Shown: positions 21,501 through 31,886, counted from the stretch's first letter. The stretch: 64,000 bases of DNA from Synechococcales cyanobacterium VAR_4_metabat_354 (GCA_031414775.1 JANOQI010000016.1:1-64000); one strand, 5' to 3'. Notes: generated by a model not told the origin, from the letters alone. A program made the numbers and translations.

Positions 21501-22121
21501 TTACTTTCTCACCCATAGGGCTAAACCACCACCGCGTCCCCGCGCCGCAATGCCCTGATTACTAGCTGAGATAAAGCTAAAAAATGGCAAATTAGCGATC
21601 GATTTCTCCACGAAGTCTCGATCTATCTTTTGTTTTTGGGGCATTTTGCCTTGATAAACCACTCGATCGAGGATTCGGACTTCAAAATCAATAAAATCAA
21701 AAGCTAGTAAATTTTTTTTGCCCAAGTAACGATATGGCCCGGTCAGCTTCAGGCGCACTAACCCGACGGCTACTTGATTGGCAATTTCTCCTGTCTGGGG
21801 GTTGGTGGCATCTGGCGTGAAACTAATGCTGGCCGGAATGAATTGGGGGAAGTAGAAACCTTTACCGAGGCGGATGCCTGCTTTATTTTTGGATTTTTTG
21901 GCTCCGGTGGCAAAGGAAAGTTGCCATTCACCCACCAAATCGGTAATGGGGATGTCTAGTTTAGTTTGTTTGGCTAGTTTCTCAACGCCCAATAGGGCAC
22001 TCACGAGATCAGCAGCTGGTGTTCGATCGCTTTTGCCGGTCAATATGGCGGCAATTGCTTGGGTTAGGATCTGGGTGGAGTCTGGAGAATTCACGATTAA
22101 CGCTGGCTTGGTTAATGTCAT
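21501..22121 (-). CDS. Conserved hypothetical protein (fibrillin/lipocalin-like); probable ATG start at 22121
   Basis: LVGEWQLSF and ARGRGGGLALW motifs; the ORF extends upstream to 22217. Confidence 0.6.
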   Translation of the reverse strand: MTLTKPALIVNSPDSTQILTQAIAAILTGKSDRTPAADLVSALLGVEKLAKQTKLDIPITDLVGEWQLSFATGAKKSKNKAGIRLGKGFYFPQFIPASISFTPDATNPQTGEIANQVAVGLVRLKLTGPYRYLGKKNLLAFDFIDFEVRILDRVVYQGKMPQKQKIDRDFVEKSIANLPFFSFISASNQGIAARGRGGGLALWVRK

Positions 22122-22333
22122 TTTAGCTCTAATGACTGATCTGAAGGGGTTCTTGATCAGCGAAGAAGATTGATCGAACTTTCGAGGTGAAGTAGCAAGC
22201 ATCTTAAATAAGGGCAATGGTCAAGTAGTTGCAATATTTGCAAGAAAGACTGGGAAAACTAAATTCATAGGGTGAGTTATTTTCGATAATCTCCCTATCG
22301 GATTTCTCAACTCAAGTTAGCCCAGGAATTTCC

Positions 22334-23995
22334 ATGGAAGCCTCACCGACCAAAGTCATCCAGTACTTCAACGGCGAAAAGCAGAATCTTATTCCCCTTT
22401 TTCAGCGTCCCTACACCTGGAAACAGAGCAATTGGCAATCACTTTGGGATGATCTAATGGTGCAGTACGATTTGGATGATTCCAGCACCCACTTTATGGG
22501 TGCAATCGTCTCAATTCCTGCCGTTAGTACACCTGTAGGAGTGAGCAAACATCTCATTATTGATGGCCAGCAACGTCTCACCACAGTATCAATCATCCTT
22601 TGCGCCTTGAGAGACTGTCTAGAAGAAAAGCCAGCAACCCGAATTCAAGAAGTTTATCTAAAAAATCCCTATTGTGAGTTAGAAGATACCTTAAAATTTG
22701 TTCCCACTCAAGTAGATCGAGATATCTATAAATCGATAGCCTTAGATTGGAAAGTCCCCACAACTGAGACACTAATGGGTCAGGCTTATCACTTCTTTAA
22801 AAAGCAGTTATGTAAAGGACTCGATACAAATGGAGAGCTAGTAGTACCGACGAAAGTATTGACCGTCATCGAGCATTCACTACAAGTAGTCATGATTAAT
22901 CTTGGGAATGATGATGATCCATATTTGATTTTTGAAAGTCTTAATTTCAAAGGTGCACCGTTAACCCAAGCTGACTTAGTTCGCAACTATATACTAATGC
23001 GTTTCCGCCATTCTATATCAACAGGTGGAGAGCAAGAGATTATATATGATAGGTATTGGAAACCCCTTGAAAATGCCCTTGGCGACAATCTAACTGAGTT
23101 CCTGCGTCACTATATGATGAAGGATGGGTTTAACATTAATCAAGGTGGGATTTATGCCGCAATCAAAACAAAGTTGAAAAGCATGGAGATCACTCAAGAT
23201 GTTGAGAAAGAAGTGAAATCGATACAAAGATTTGGCGAATTCTATGAAAAAATTTTATGTCTGAAACCAGAGGCAAATAAAGCTATTCGTGAGCGTTTGG
23301 AAAACATACAAGCCCTAAAAGTCACAACTGCATACCCTCTCTTACTCCGTCTTTTAGATGCTTATCAATCTCAACAAATCCGTCAGATGGAACTAGAGAA
23401 ATGTCTAGGATTAATAGAATCTTACATCGTTCGTCGTACTGTTTGTGAAGTGCCAACAAACACATTAAATAAACTATTTATTCAGTGGGTTAAAAACTTC
23501 CCTGAAATAAATCATGCTTTATGGCTACATGACTTGATGATCTCCGGTAGCGGTGGCCGTCGTTTCCCTACAGATACTGAGTTTGAAAATGCGTTCCTCA
23601 ATCACCCACAGTATGGGCGAAGTAGCACTCGTTTCATTCTATGCCGATTAGAAAAATCCTTTGAACATAAAGAATGTGTTGATCTCTCAGTAGCAACGAT
23701 CGAGCATATTTTACCTCAATCCCTTAGTCCGCAATGGAAGCAAGATTTAGGGGAAACAGCAGAGAAAACTCATGCAACTTTGGTTCACACATTTGGTAAT
23801 CTGACACTGACTGCCTACAACTCTGAGTTGGGAAATCTACCATTCTCTGAGAAGAAAATCAAGCTTAAAAATACTCATATCGATCTAAATCAGTGGGTTC
23901 TTCAACAAGATAATTGGAGAAAAACGGAAATAAATGGCCGAGCCGCAGATCTTTTCCTCAAAGCTAAACAAATTTGGACAAGAGACCTCAATTAA
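22334..23995 (+). CDS. DUF262 + DUF1524 (HNH) protein, GmrSD-like modification-dependent nuclease
   Basis: IPLFQRPYTW, IIDGQQRLTT and IFESLN (DUF262); EHILPQ..GNLTL..N (DUF1524 HNH). Confidence 0.88.
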   Translation: MEASPTKVIQYFNGEKQNLIPLFQRPYTWKQSNWQSLWDDLMVQYDLDDSSTHFMGAIVSIPAVSTPVGVSKHLIIDGQQRLTTVSIILCALRDCLEEKPATRIQEVYLKNPYCELEDTLKFVPTQVDRDIYKSIALDWKVPTTETLMGQAYHFFKKQLCKGLDTNGELVVPTKVLTVIEHSLQVVMINLGNDDDPYLIFESLNFKGAPLTQADLVRNYILMRFRHSISTGGEQEIIYDRYWKPLENALGDNLTEFLRHYMMKDGFNINQGGIYAAIKTKLKSMEITQDVEKEVKSIQRFGEFYEKILCLKPEANKAIRERLENIQALKVTTAYPLLLRLLDAYQSQQIRQMELEKCLGLIESYIVRRTVCEVPTNTLNKLFIQWVKNFPEINHALWLHDLMISGSGGRRFPTDTEFENAFLNHPQYGRSSTRFILCRLEKSFEHKECVDLSVATIEHILPQSLSPQWKQDLGETAEKTHATLVHTFGNLTLTAYNSELGNLPFSEKKIKLKNTHIDLNQWVLQQDNWRKTEINGRAADLFLKAKQIWTRDLN

Positions 23996-24035
23996 GGAAT
24001 TTGATTCAACTGTGTGTTGATCGCCAGTGGTCAAA

Positions 24036-25214
24036 CTAACCAAACTTGATCTTTAGATAATCATCTTCCATCTTGGCTCCAGCCGGTTGCAGAGCCGCTA
24101 AAGCCTGTGGCAGCACTAAATTTCGGCGATGATTACCAATCCGAATATTTAACTCATCACCGCTTTTATTCAACTGCACCTTATCCTTAGCCACTCCTGG
24201 CAAATAAAGCTCGAGATTATACTGATTATTCCCCTGAGAAACCACCCGCATGGTGACTTCCTTGTAATAGACCTGGGAAGGATCTTCGTCCGCTGCGTAA
24301 AGAGTGTCTTTCAACCTTTGCAGAGCTTCCATCCCACACATTTCCTCAGAAAATAGCGGCACTTCCTTAACTGGTAAAGGACTGAAGTTATCATGCAATT
24401 CCTGACGATACTTCTCTTGGCTTTCCTTCCATTTTTTGAAGAAAGGATCAGTAACTTCGGCTGGAATAATCCGGTTCGCAATCACCAAGTCAGTAGAAAC
24501 GTTATACAAGCTCAAATAAGCGTGGGCACGCAACGATTCTTTAATCACCATTTTCTCCGGATTGGCTACCAGCCGCACCGAAGTTTTGGAATTATCCATC
24601 AAAATCACTTGCAGCGCTTCAATTTGCTCGTAAAATTCATAAGGCGCATCCATTACTTCCTTATCGGGCAACGAGAAACCCACGATTGGACGAAAAATTG
24701 GTTCGACCAAAGGTCGAAGAGCCACAGACACCGCCTGGAAAGGCTTATAGAAACGGCGCATATACCAGCCGCCTACTTCTGGCAGACTCAACAGGCGCAA
24801 TGCAGTGCCAGTCGGTGCCGAATCAATAATCAAAACGTCATAAAAGCCTTCGTCGTAATGGCGCTTCATCCGCACCAATCCAAAGATTTCATCCATCCCA
24901 GGCAAAATGGCCAGTTCTTCGGCTTGGACTCCTTCTAGACCCCGCGCTTGCAATACTTGAGTAATGTAACGTTTGACCGCTCCCCAGTTGCCTTCTAGCT
25001 CCATTAAAGCATCAAGCTCCGCTCCCCATAGGTTGGGACGCACTTCGATCGGATCATGTCCCATTTCGGTATCAAAGCTATCGGCCAGAGAGTGAGCGGG
25101 GTCGGTGCTGAGAACGAGGGTTTTATAGCCCATTTCAGCACATTTTAGGCCGGTAGCGGCAGCCACTGAAGTTTTACCAACACCACCTTTACCGGTCATC
25201 AAAATCAAACGCAT
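24036..25214 (-). CDS. ArsA/GET3-family ATPase with C-terminal HSP20-like domain
   Basis: [16 protein letters not shown] and DSAPTG motifs; alpha-crystallin-like tail. Confidence 0.92.
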   Translation of the reverse strand: MRLILMTGKGGVGKTSVAAATGLKCAEMGYKTLVLSTDPAHSLADSFDTEMGHDPIEVRPNLWGAELDALMELEGNWGAVKRYITQVLQARGLEGVQAEELAILPGMDEIFGLVRMKRHYDEGFYDVLIIDSAPTGTALRLLSLPEVGGWYMRRFYKPFQAVSVALRPLVEPIFRPIVGFSLPDKEVMDAPYEFYEQIEALQVILMDNSKTSVRLVANPEKMVIKESLRAHAYLSLYNVSTDLVIANRIIPAEVTDPFFKKWKESQEKYRQELHDNFSPLPVKEVPLFSEEMCGMEALQRLKDTLYAADEDPSQVYYKEVTMRVVSQGNNQYNLELYLPGVAKDKVQLNKSGDELNIRIGNHRRNLVLPQALAALQPAGAKMEDDYLKIKFG

Positions 25215-25358
25215 AGTAATTTATTTTTTCTTGAAGAGAGTAATAATTTTAAATATTATTTAAGTGTAACGAGAAATATTACAGTCAGGTAGCTCTAGGC
25301 TCTTTGTTGCATAAAATTAATTAGTTAGACCAATAAATTAGATATCTCTAAAAATCCC

Positions 25359-25907
25359 ATGAATCACCGCATATTTTCAGCCTGGGTCGCGATCGCCAGT
25401 TTTCTGATCCCTTCGATCGGCTTAGTAACTATCTCCTCTGTGGAATTAGCAGTGGCAACTTCAGTCAAAATCAGTAAAGCCGCTAACCGTGAACCTTTTT
25501 ACTCCAAGGCTGGTCGGTTCTCGATCAACTTCCCCAGTGAACCAGCTGCCTCCAATGAAAAAATGAGCGAGGAACTTACCATCTACTCCTTTATCGTGGC
25601 TGGTAAAGAGGGATTTTACCAAGTTGGCTATTACGATGTTGCTACTTTGCAAAATTTTTCTCGTAAAGAAGTCAATAAATTGCTCGATCAGCTACCTAGT
25701 ATCTATCTCAAAGAGTTACAAGCAAAGCTGACAAATACTAAAAATATTCAGATCGGGAATAATCTTGGCAAGGAATTCAACTTTACCGTCTCCGGTCAAA
25801 GCGGCAGAGGTCGAGTTTATATCGTAAAAGATCGCGTTTATATAGCAACAGCGATCGATACCCGAACAGCAATGTCTTCGTTCCTCAATTCTTTTCGCCT
25901 GCGGTGA
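25359..25907 (+). CDS. Putative exported hypothetical protein
   Basis: N-terminal hydrophobic signal-like segment; FxSxxGRFSINFP..FLNSFRL pattern suggests a PsbP/DcrB-like fold. Confidence 0.6.
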   Translation: MNHRIFSAWVAIASFLIPSIGLVTISSVELAVATSVKISKAANREPFYSKAGRFSINFPSEPAASNEKMSEELTIYSFIVAGKEGFYQVGYYDVATLQNFSRKEVNKLLDQLPSIYLKELQAKLTNTKNIQIGNNLGKEFNFTVSGQSGRGRVYIVKDRVYIATAIDTRTAMSSFLNSFRLR

Positions 25908-25969
25908 TCGATCGGAGTTAGCATTAACTAATATATTTTTTGAAAATTTGCTACTCCCCGATCAACACA

Positions 25970-27337
25970 ATGACCTCAGCGCCTCTTTCTGCCCGCCAAT
26001 ATCTACCTGAAGCAACCACCGCTTCTCCTAATCAGCAAATTTTGCCACTCACCGCGCAAATAAATAGCAAAGATTGCTTGGAAATTGGCGGCTGCGCTGT
26101 GACCGAACTAGTCCAGCAATACGGCTCGCCGCTCTACATTCTTGATGAATCATCCCTACGGACAGCTTGCCAACAGTATCGAGACGCTTGGAAACAATAT
26201 TATGCGGGCGAATCATTAGTCATTTATGCCTCCAAAGCCTGGAACTGTCTAGCCATCTGCAATATCGTCACCAATGAAGGCTTAGGTATTGATGTCGTAT
26301 CCGCCGGAGAATTACTCACTGCCATTAAAGCCGGTGCTCAAGCGAAAAATATTTATTTCCACGGCAACAATAAGTCGGTAGCAGAACTGAAGCTGGCGAT
26401 CGAACAGGGCTGCAATATTGTCGTTGATAACTGGTTAGAAATCAAAACCCTCAACACCCTCGCCATCGACAAACCCGTGCCCGTCATGCTTCGCCTCACG
26501 CCTGGGATTGAATGCCACACCCACGAATATATTCGGACTGGCCACCTAGATAGCAAATTTGGCTTTGACCCCAACAGCATTGATGATTTGTTTAAGTACC
26601 TCAGCGCTTACCCGCATTTGCAATGCATCGGCGTTCATGCCCACATTGGTTCCCAGATTTTTGAACAACAACCTCACCAAGATTTAGCAGGAGTAATGGT
26701 CGGCTGGTTTACCAAGGCGCAGACCTACGGACTACCGATCGAACAAATTAACGTGGGCGGTGGCTTAGGGGTGAAATATACCGAGCAGGATGATCCTCAA
26801 AGCATTGACACCTGGGTAGAAGGCGTGGCTCAAGCTCTCTTAGTAGCCTGTCAAGAAGCCCAGATTGCCCCACCTAAAGTTATTTCCGAACCTGGTCGAT
26901 CGCTAGTGGCTAATTCTTGCGTCACCGCCTACACTGTCGGTAGCAACAAAGAGGTTCCGGGCATTCGCAAATATATTGCCGTCGATGGCGGCATGTCCGA
27001 TAACCCTCGCCCCATCACCTATGAATCGGTCTATCGCTGTTTGCTGGCCAATAAGATGTCGGCACCAATGACTGAAACTATCACCGTAGCAGGCAAGCAT
27101 TGCGAATCGGGAGATGTGTTGATTCATAATGCCCAGCTCCCACCTGTCAGTACTGGTGACATCTTGGTGGTGCCCGTGACCGGAGCTTACAACTACAGTA
27201 TGGCCTCCAATTACAATCGGATTACCCGGCCAGCCGCAGTGTTAGTGAAAGACGGTAACTCTGGAGTGATTATTGAACGCGAAACCGATGAGGATTTAAT
27301 GCGGTTTGATCGGCTGCCTACTCATCTTCAACATTAA
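25970..27337 (+). CDS. lysA: Diaminopimelate decarboxylase
   Basis: YASKA (PLP Lys), HIGSQ, EPGR, CESGD and GAYNYSMASNYN; ATG at 25970. Confidence 0.96.
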   Translation: MTSAPLSARQYLPEATTASPNQQILPLTAQINSKDCLEIGGCAVTELVQQYGSPLYILDESSLRTACQQYRDAWKQYYAGESLVIYASKAWNCLAICNIVTNEGLGIDVVSAGELLTAIKAGAQAKNIYFHGNNKSVAELKLAIEQGCNIVVDNWLEIKTLNTLAIDKPVPVMLRLTPGIECHTHEYIRTGHLDSKFGFDPNSIDDLFKYLSAYPHLQCIGVHAHIGSQIFEQQPHQDLAGVMVGWFTKAQTYGLPIEQINVGGGLGVKYTEQDDPQSIDTWVEGVAQALLVACQEAQIAPPKVISEPGRSLVANSCVTAYTVGSNKEVPGIRKYIAVDGGMSDNPRPITYESVYRCLLANKMSAPMTETITVAGKHCESGDVLIHNAQLPPVSTGDILVVPVTGAYNYSMASNYNRITRPAAVLVKDGNSGVIIERETDEDLMRFDRLPTHLQH

Positions 27338-27372
27338 ATATCTAAAATCCCCATACATTAAGGATGTGACCC

Positions 27373-27759
27373 GTGACCTCATCGACTAATTCTAACAACG
27401 GCACTGGTATTGAACTAAGTCCCAGTTACAATATTGCACTGGCTATCATGGCGGCTACCATCCCACTGGTTTGGATTCAGATCTGGGTAGCTTTGATCGT
27501 GGGGTTATTCGGTCTCTTCTTGTTGGTGCAAACAGCCCTAATCAGGCTAAGATTTACAGCTACGGCTTTAGAAGTGTATCGATCGGGTAAAGAAATTCGC
27601 CGCTTTCCTTATACTGAATGGGAAGTATGGCAGATTTTTTGGCAGCCCGTGCCCATTTTGTTTTACTTCCGGGAAGTTAACAGCATTCATTTCTTACCCA
27701 TGCTATTTGATGCCGGGCAGCTGAGAAGTTGCCTGGATCAATATTGCAATCCTCAATAG
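27373..27759 (+). CDS. DUF3119-type membrane protein
   Basis: Two TM helices then ILFYFREVNSIHFLPMLFD; conserved neighbour of DUF3086-plsY. Confidence 0.8.
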   Translation: MTSSTNSNNGTGIELSPSYNIALAIMAATIPLVWIQIWVALIVGLFGLFLLVQTALIRLRFTATALEVYRSGKEIRRFPYTEWEVWQIFWQPVPILFYFREVNSIHFLPMLFDAGQLRSCLDQYCNPQ

Positions 27760-27768
27760 TTTTAATCT

Positions 27769-28737
27769 ATGAGTTCTTCCGAACCGGAAACATCGCCGTC
27801 CGAGCAGTTGGCTAATGAATTAGTCAGTCTCCACCAACAAATTAACACTGCTCAACAAAAATATAGCCAGATTGCTAACCACACTCTGGCCGAGATTGAG
27901 CAGCGCCATCAAAACTTGCTGGTATCGATCGAACAGTTAGAACGCAAGCGTGATCGAATTCAGGCTGAAATCGACCAGAGTTTTGCCGGTTCGTCCCAAG
28001 AAATTGCCATCCGCATTCAAGGCTTTAAAGACTATCTGGTGGGCAGCCTCCAAGATTTGGTATCGGTGGCCGAGGAAATGGAATTTCCTGATCCACCCGC
28101 ACCCAAAATTTCTCCAGTTGCAGTAACAGCTCAGGTAGTGACAACGACACCCCCAGCACCCGTAAATCAAACTTTACTACCACCAGAATTTGCCGAACCA
28201 ACCTATCAATCCAATGCCCGCCGCATTCGAGAGCTACTAAACAAGTATCAAACCGCCCCCGACTACTATGGCGAACCCTGGCAGATTCGGCGTACCCTCG
28301 AACAAAATCAGATCGATCGAGCGGCTAATTGGTTTCTCCAACAGGGTGGACGCGGAGCCATCAAATCTCTCAGTGGCCGTCTCCAAAATGTATTGGTGGC
28401 CAGCGCGAGTATCTCGGTGCTGCGAGAACTATATGGCGACTATTTGCGGGTGTTGATCTTGGCCAACAGCCCCGAGCGACTAGGCGAATGGCGGCGCGGT
28501 TTACAAGATTGCTTGGGCTTAGGACGCGGTGATTTTGGTCCCAGCGGCGGTATTATTTTGTTTGAAGCCCCCGACCCGCTCATGATCAAGGCCGAAAAGA
28601 TTATGGCCGAACGAGACATGCCCTTTATCATCATGGATGACTCTGAAGGTTATGTCAGCCTAGCCTTACTGCAATATCCCATCTGGCTGGCCTTTGCCCC
28701 CGAACCCAACCTCTACCCCAACGATTACCGTTATTAA
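27769..28737 (+). CDS. DUF3086-type coiled-coil protein
   Basis: FAGSSQEIAIRIQGFKDYLVGSLQDL and RLGEWRRGLQDCLG motifs; directly upstream of plsY. Confidence 0.8.
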   Translation: MSSSEPETSPSEQLANELVSLHQQINTAQQKYSQIANHTLAEIEQRHQNLLVSIEQLERKRDRIQAEIDQSFAGSSQEIAIRIQGFKDYLVGSLQDLVSVAEEMEFPDPPAPKISPVAVTAQVVTTTPPAPVNQTLLPPEFAEPTYQSNARRIRELLNKYQTAPDYYGEPWQIRRTLEQNQIDRAANWFLQQGGRGAIKSLSGRLQNVLVASASISVLRELYGDYLRVLILANSPERLGEWRRGLQDCLGLGRGDFGPSGGIILFEAPDPLMIKAEKIMAERDMPFIIMDDSEGYVSLALLQYPIWLAFAPEPNLYPNDYRY

Positions 28738-28742
28738 TTAAA

Positions 28743-29402
28743 ATGCTGTATGCTGCCGTCGCGATCCTACTCGGTACTGCTTATTTATTAGGTTCTTTTC
28801 CTACGGGCTACCTTACTGGCAAAATCCTGAAAGGCATTGATATTCGCGAGCATGGTTCTGGCTCCACCGGCGCGACAAATGTCCTACGTACCCTCGGCAA
28901 AGTCCCGGGTTCGCTAGTCTTATTAGCTGATGTGGGTAAGGGCTGGGCTGCCGTCAGCTTAGTGGCCATCGCCTATCATTTTTTCCCGTTCCCAGCCAAC
29001 TGGCAACCGCTACTAGTGATCGGGACAGCCACCATGGCTATTTTGGGTCACAGTAAATCGGTCTGGTTAGGTTTCCAGGGTGGTAAGTCGGTAGCCGCCA
29101 GCTTAGGAGTATTATTGGCGATGCACTGGCCAATAGCTTTACTGACCCTGGGTACCTTTGGAATCTCGATCGCCATTACCCGCATTGTCTCGATCAGTTC
29201 CATTCTGGGTGCGATGGCTGTCACGCTGTTTATGTTTGCCTATCAGCAGCCGCTGGCCTATGAAATATTCACCTTCATCGGCGGTGCCTATGTAATTTGG
29301 CTGCATCGCGCCAATGTCGAAAGACTGCTAGCGGGCACCGAACCACAAATTGGCCAAGCCAAAAGTGATTCACCAAAATCAGAACAGATTACCCCTTCCT
29401 AA
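28743..29402 (+). CDS. plsY: Glycerol-3-phosphate acyltransferase PlsY
   Basis: AYLLGSFPTG, GSGSTGATNVLR, GH..FQGGKSVA and HRANVERL motifs. Confidence 0.95.
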   Translation: MLYAAVAILLGTAYLLGSFPTGYLTGKILKGIDIREHGSGSTGATNVLRTLGKVPGSLVLLADVGKGWAAVSLVAIAYHFFPFPANWQPLLVIGTATMAILGHSKSVWLGFQGGKSVAASLGVLLAMHWPIALLTLGTFGISIAITRIVSISSILGAMAVTLFMFAYQQPLAYEIFTFIGGAYVIWLHRANVERLLAGTEPQIGQAKSDSPKSEQITPS

Positions 29403-29690
29403 CACCTTTCATCTGCGCGATAAAACTGACTACCGCAAGCATCGTGTTCAAAATGCAGATCGTATAAACCTTGTTTGATGGGGTGACTAGTGTTTATGGA
29501 TTGAGGGTGTCGGAGGGATCGGACTGGGTAATAGAAGGCACAATTAAGGCTGATTCTAGAGCCTACTATTTTCTAACGCATTTTCGCGACTAGGGTAGCT
29601 ACTGATACAAATATTTAACCTGAAGCTGAAAGCACAAGCATGTCAGCAAGGAGGAGGGTTAGTTTCATACTGAGTTGGTAGCTGAAGAAC

Positions 29691-30206
29691 TTATTTTTTC
29701 GAGGATTGTGTTGCCTTTCGCTTGTCCCAGGGTTTAACGGTAGACACGATGATAACTGCCAGGAGTGCTAAGGTTTGTAATATGCCAGCAAGGGTAACGG
29801 TGTTTTGCAGCGCGAGGTAATCAGTATTCTGCAAGACCTGCGATTTTCCTGCCTCAGAGAGGGTTGTTATCTCCTTCGTCATCGGTCCCAGCCAGACAGA
29901 ACCAAGCACGATCGAAAGCAACGTAATGAGTTGCTTTGTAATCACCCAGTAATGCTTAAAGAAGCCCCAGTTGGTAAAGCTACAAAGCAAAACACCCGTA
30001 ATGACCGAAAATACAGCAGAAGGAACAATGATGTATTGCCCCATGAAGTTTCGTGCCAGGTTGATGCCGTGAAGTGCATCCCCAGGGTTGAGAAGAACAA
30101 TACTCAGTGCTAGACCGACCGAACAGAAAGCTGTGCCAAACCATAAAGCACCTGTTGCAATATGCAGGCTTAACAGCCAGTTTCTCTGATTGACGCTCAA
30201 TTTCAT
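29691..30206 (-). CDS. Four-TM membrane protein (DUF2269-like)
   Basis: LSLHIA, TNWGFFKHYWVITK and STVKPW motifs; divergent from marR. Confidence 0.75.
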   Translation of the reverse strand: MKLSVNQRNWLLSLHIATGALWFGTAFCSVGLALSIVLLNPGDALHGINLARNFMGQYIIVPSAVFSVITGVLLCSFTNWGFFKHYWVITKQLITLLSIVLGSVWLGPMTKEITTLSEAGKSQVLQNTDYLALQNTVTLAGILQTLALLAVIIVSTVKPWDKRKATQSSKK

Positions 30207-30229
30207 AAAGCCTCTTGATGACGATCGTC

Positions 30230-30257
30230 TTATAGTTAGTTAGCTAACTAACTATAA
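30230..30257. promoter_or_regulatory. Perfect 28-bp palindrome, candidate MarR operator
   Basis: TTATAGTTAGTTAG|CTAACTAACTATAA between the divergent DUF2269-like gene and marR. Confidence 0.75.
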
Positions 30258-30303
30258 TTTCAACAGTAAGAGCCTTTGTCAAGGAGATTGTCAAGATTTA
30301 TTT

Positions 30304-30333
30304 GCTGGCTTATAATAAGCTGGCTTATAATAA
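30304..30333 (+). repeat. 15-bp tandem duplication containing TATAAT
   Basis: GCTGGCTTATAATAA occurs twice, just upstream of the marR ATG. Confidence 0.85.
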
Positions 30334-30342
30334 GTTTACATT

Positions 30343-30870
30343 ATGAAAGTTTTTCCAGGGCGGGAGGCATTCTCGGATCTCGAACGTGATTTTTCTGGCT
30401 TCGATTTAGAGTCAGTTGAAACTTGCCTTGCGTTTCTTGATGCAACGGCTGATGTCTACGCTGCCTTTGATGCTCACTTCGAGCGTTATGGTCTATCAGC
30501 AGGAAAATTTACAGTTTTGATGCAGCTGTACAGTGCAAAGCGTGAATTGTCACCATCTGAATTCGCCAATCGTGCAAATGTAACTCGTGCAACAATTACA
30601 GGCTTGCTAGATAGATTGGAGCGAGAAGGTTTGGTTGAGCGAAATGCACACCTGAGCGATCGACGAATGTTAACTATTCGTCTCACAGAGCAGGGGAAAA
30701 TTTTAGTTGAGAGAGTTCTGCCCGACCATTTCTGCCGCACAAAGGGATTAATGGCAAGTCTCACGTCTACTGAGAAAAAGACATTTTTTAAGTTACTTAA
30801 GAAGTTGAGATCGAGTGCCTCAGCACTATCTGACCCAAGTTGGACTCAAGGCAACTTAATAAGTCGATGA
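30343..30870 (+). CDS. MarR family transcriptional regulator
   Basis: LSPSEFA..VTRATITGLLDRLEREGLVER..DRR..LTEQG winged helix. Confidence 0.93.
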   Translation: MKVFPGREAFSDLERDFSGFDLESVETCLAFLDATADVYAAFDAHFERYGLSAGKFTVLMQLYSAKRELSPSEFANRANVTRATITGLLDRLEREGLVERNAHLSDRRMLTIRLTEQGKILVERVLPDHFCRTKGLMASLTSTEKKTFFKLLKKLRSSASALSDPSWTQGNLISR

Positions 30871-30895
30871 AGCAGACAAACGTGAGTTCTTGATG

Positions 30896-31013
30896 GAGTA
30901 GGATTTCTCCCCGTAGGTTGAGTTGAGCCTTGAAACCCAATAATCTCAGTGTTTGAGGATCGATCGATCGCTATTGAGAAGTATCTTTATGTTCTGTCGA
31001 AATTATCGATCGA
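30896..31013 (+). repeat. REP-like dispersed repeat, copy 1
   Basis: GGATTTCTCCCCGTAGGTTGAGTTGAGCCTTGAAACCCAATAATCTCAGTGTTTGAGGATCGATCGATCGCTATTGAG.. aligns with copies 2 and 3. Confidence 0.85.
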
Positions 31014-31082
31014 TTAGTTTGGGTTCGATCGATCGTTGTTAATGCGATCGATCTTTAGTGCGATGCTTTTGGGATCTATCGA

Positions 31083-31469
31083 TTACCATATCCGTTGTAC
31101 TGGATAAGGCTCAAACGCCCCATCAGCACTTATTAGTATTAACTCGTGATCGATCGCTTGAGAAATGATGAGTCTGTCGAAAGGATCGCGATGATGTAGC
31201 GGTAAAGTTAAATATCTGTCTAGATCCAACCGATCGATTGGCAGGACTTCAATTTTTAGTTGGGCTAAAAGTTGATAAATATCCTCGATTGAATGCTCAA
31301 TTTTTAACTTTCCAATATTTAGCTTAATTGCGATCTCCCAAATACTGACTACACTAAGATTAAGCTGGCTAGCATCATCAGATATGATGGATCTTACTCG
31401 TTGGCTCAACTGTGAATCGCCTTGAATCAGCCACAAAAATATGTGTGTATCCAGTAAAGACCGACCCAT
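31083..31469 (-). CDS. VapC/PIN-domain toxin
   Basis: LLDTHIFLW, SVVSIWEIAIK, HHRDPFDRLIISQA and ISAD acidic PIN motifs. Confidence 0.93.
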   Translation of the reverse strand: MGRSLLDTHIFLWLIQGDSQLSQRVRSIISDDASQLNLSVVSIWEIAIKLNIGKLKIEHSIEDIYQLLAQLKIEVLPIDRLDLDRYLTLPLHHRDPFDRLIISQAIDHELILISADGAFEPYPVQRIW

Positions 31470-31690
31470 TACATATATTCCTGTAAATCATCTAAAGGCG
31501 CATTAAAATCATCAGACATCCACACCTCTCCCTTCCAGATGCCGAAAGCATTTTTTCGACTGAGTGGGGGTGTTTGCACCGACTGATTATGCTTTGCAAC
31601 CAAACCCTCAATATATTGCAGGGCTTCCTGTTGCACCGACTCTGGTAGTCGCTGAATTTGGTCGAGGAGTGCTTGCTCCATACGATTCAA
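31469..31690 (-). CDS. Antitoxin (DUF2281-type) of the vapC pair
   Basis: LPESVQQEALQYIEGL..FGIWKGEVWMSDDFNAPL; its stop overlaps the toxin ATG. The start may be the ATG at 31681. Confidence 0.88.
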   Translation of the reverse strand: MNRMEQALLDQIQRLPESVQQEALQYIEGLVAKHNQSVQTPPLSRKNAFGIWKGEVWMSDDFNAPLDDLQEYM

Positions 31691-31768
31691 GGGCCATAAA
31701 GATGTACCCCTATTTTAGCTCAAACCTATGGGAGTGCACTCATAAATATTAAAGTGAAATATTTAGCT

Positions 31769-31886
31769 AGTGATATTTCTCCCTATAGGTTGGATTGAGC
31801 CTCAAAACCCAACAATCCCAGTGTTTGAGGCTCGATCAATCACCATTGAGGAGCATCTTTAGATCCTGTCAAAACTATGACTCGAT
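31769..31886 (+). repeat. REP-like dispersed repeat, copy 2
   Basis: ATTTCTCCCTATAGGTTGGATTGAGCCTCAAAACCCAACAATCCCAGTGTTTGAGGCTCGATCAATCACCATTGAG.. Confidence 0.85.

Noticed and set aside
29403..29690. Possible island boundary, IS end or gene remnant after plsY
   Set aside because: No terminal inverted repeat, target duplication or convincing reading frame could be identified.
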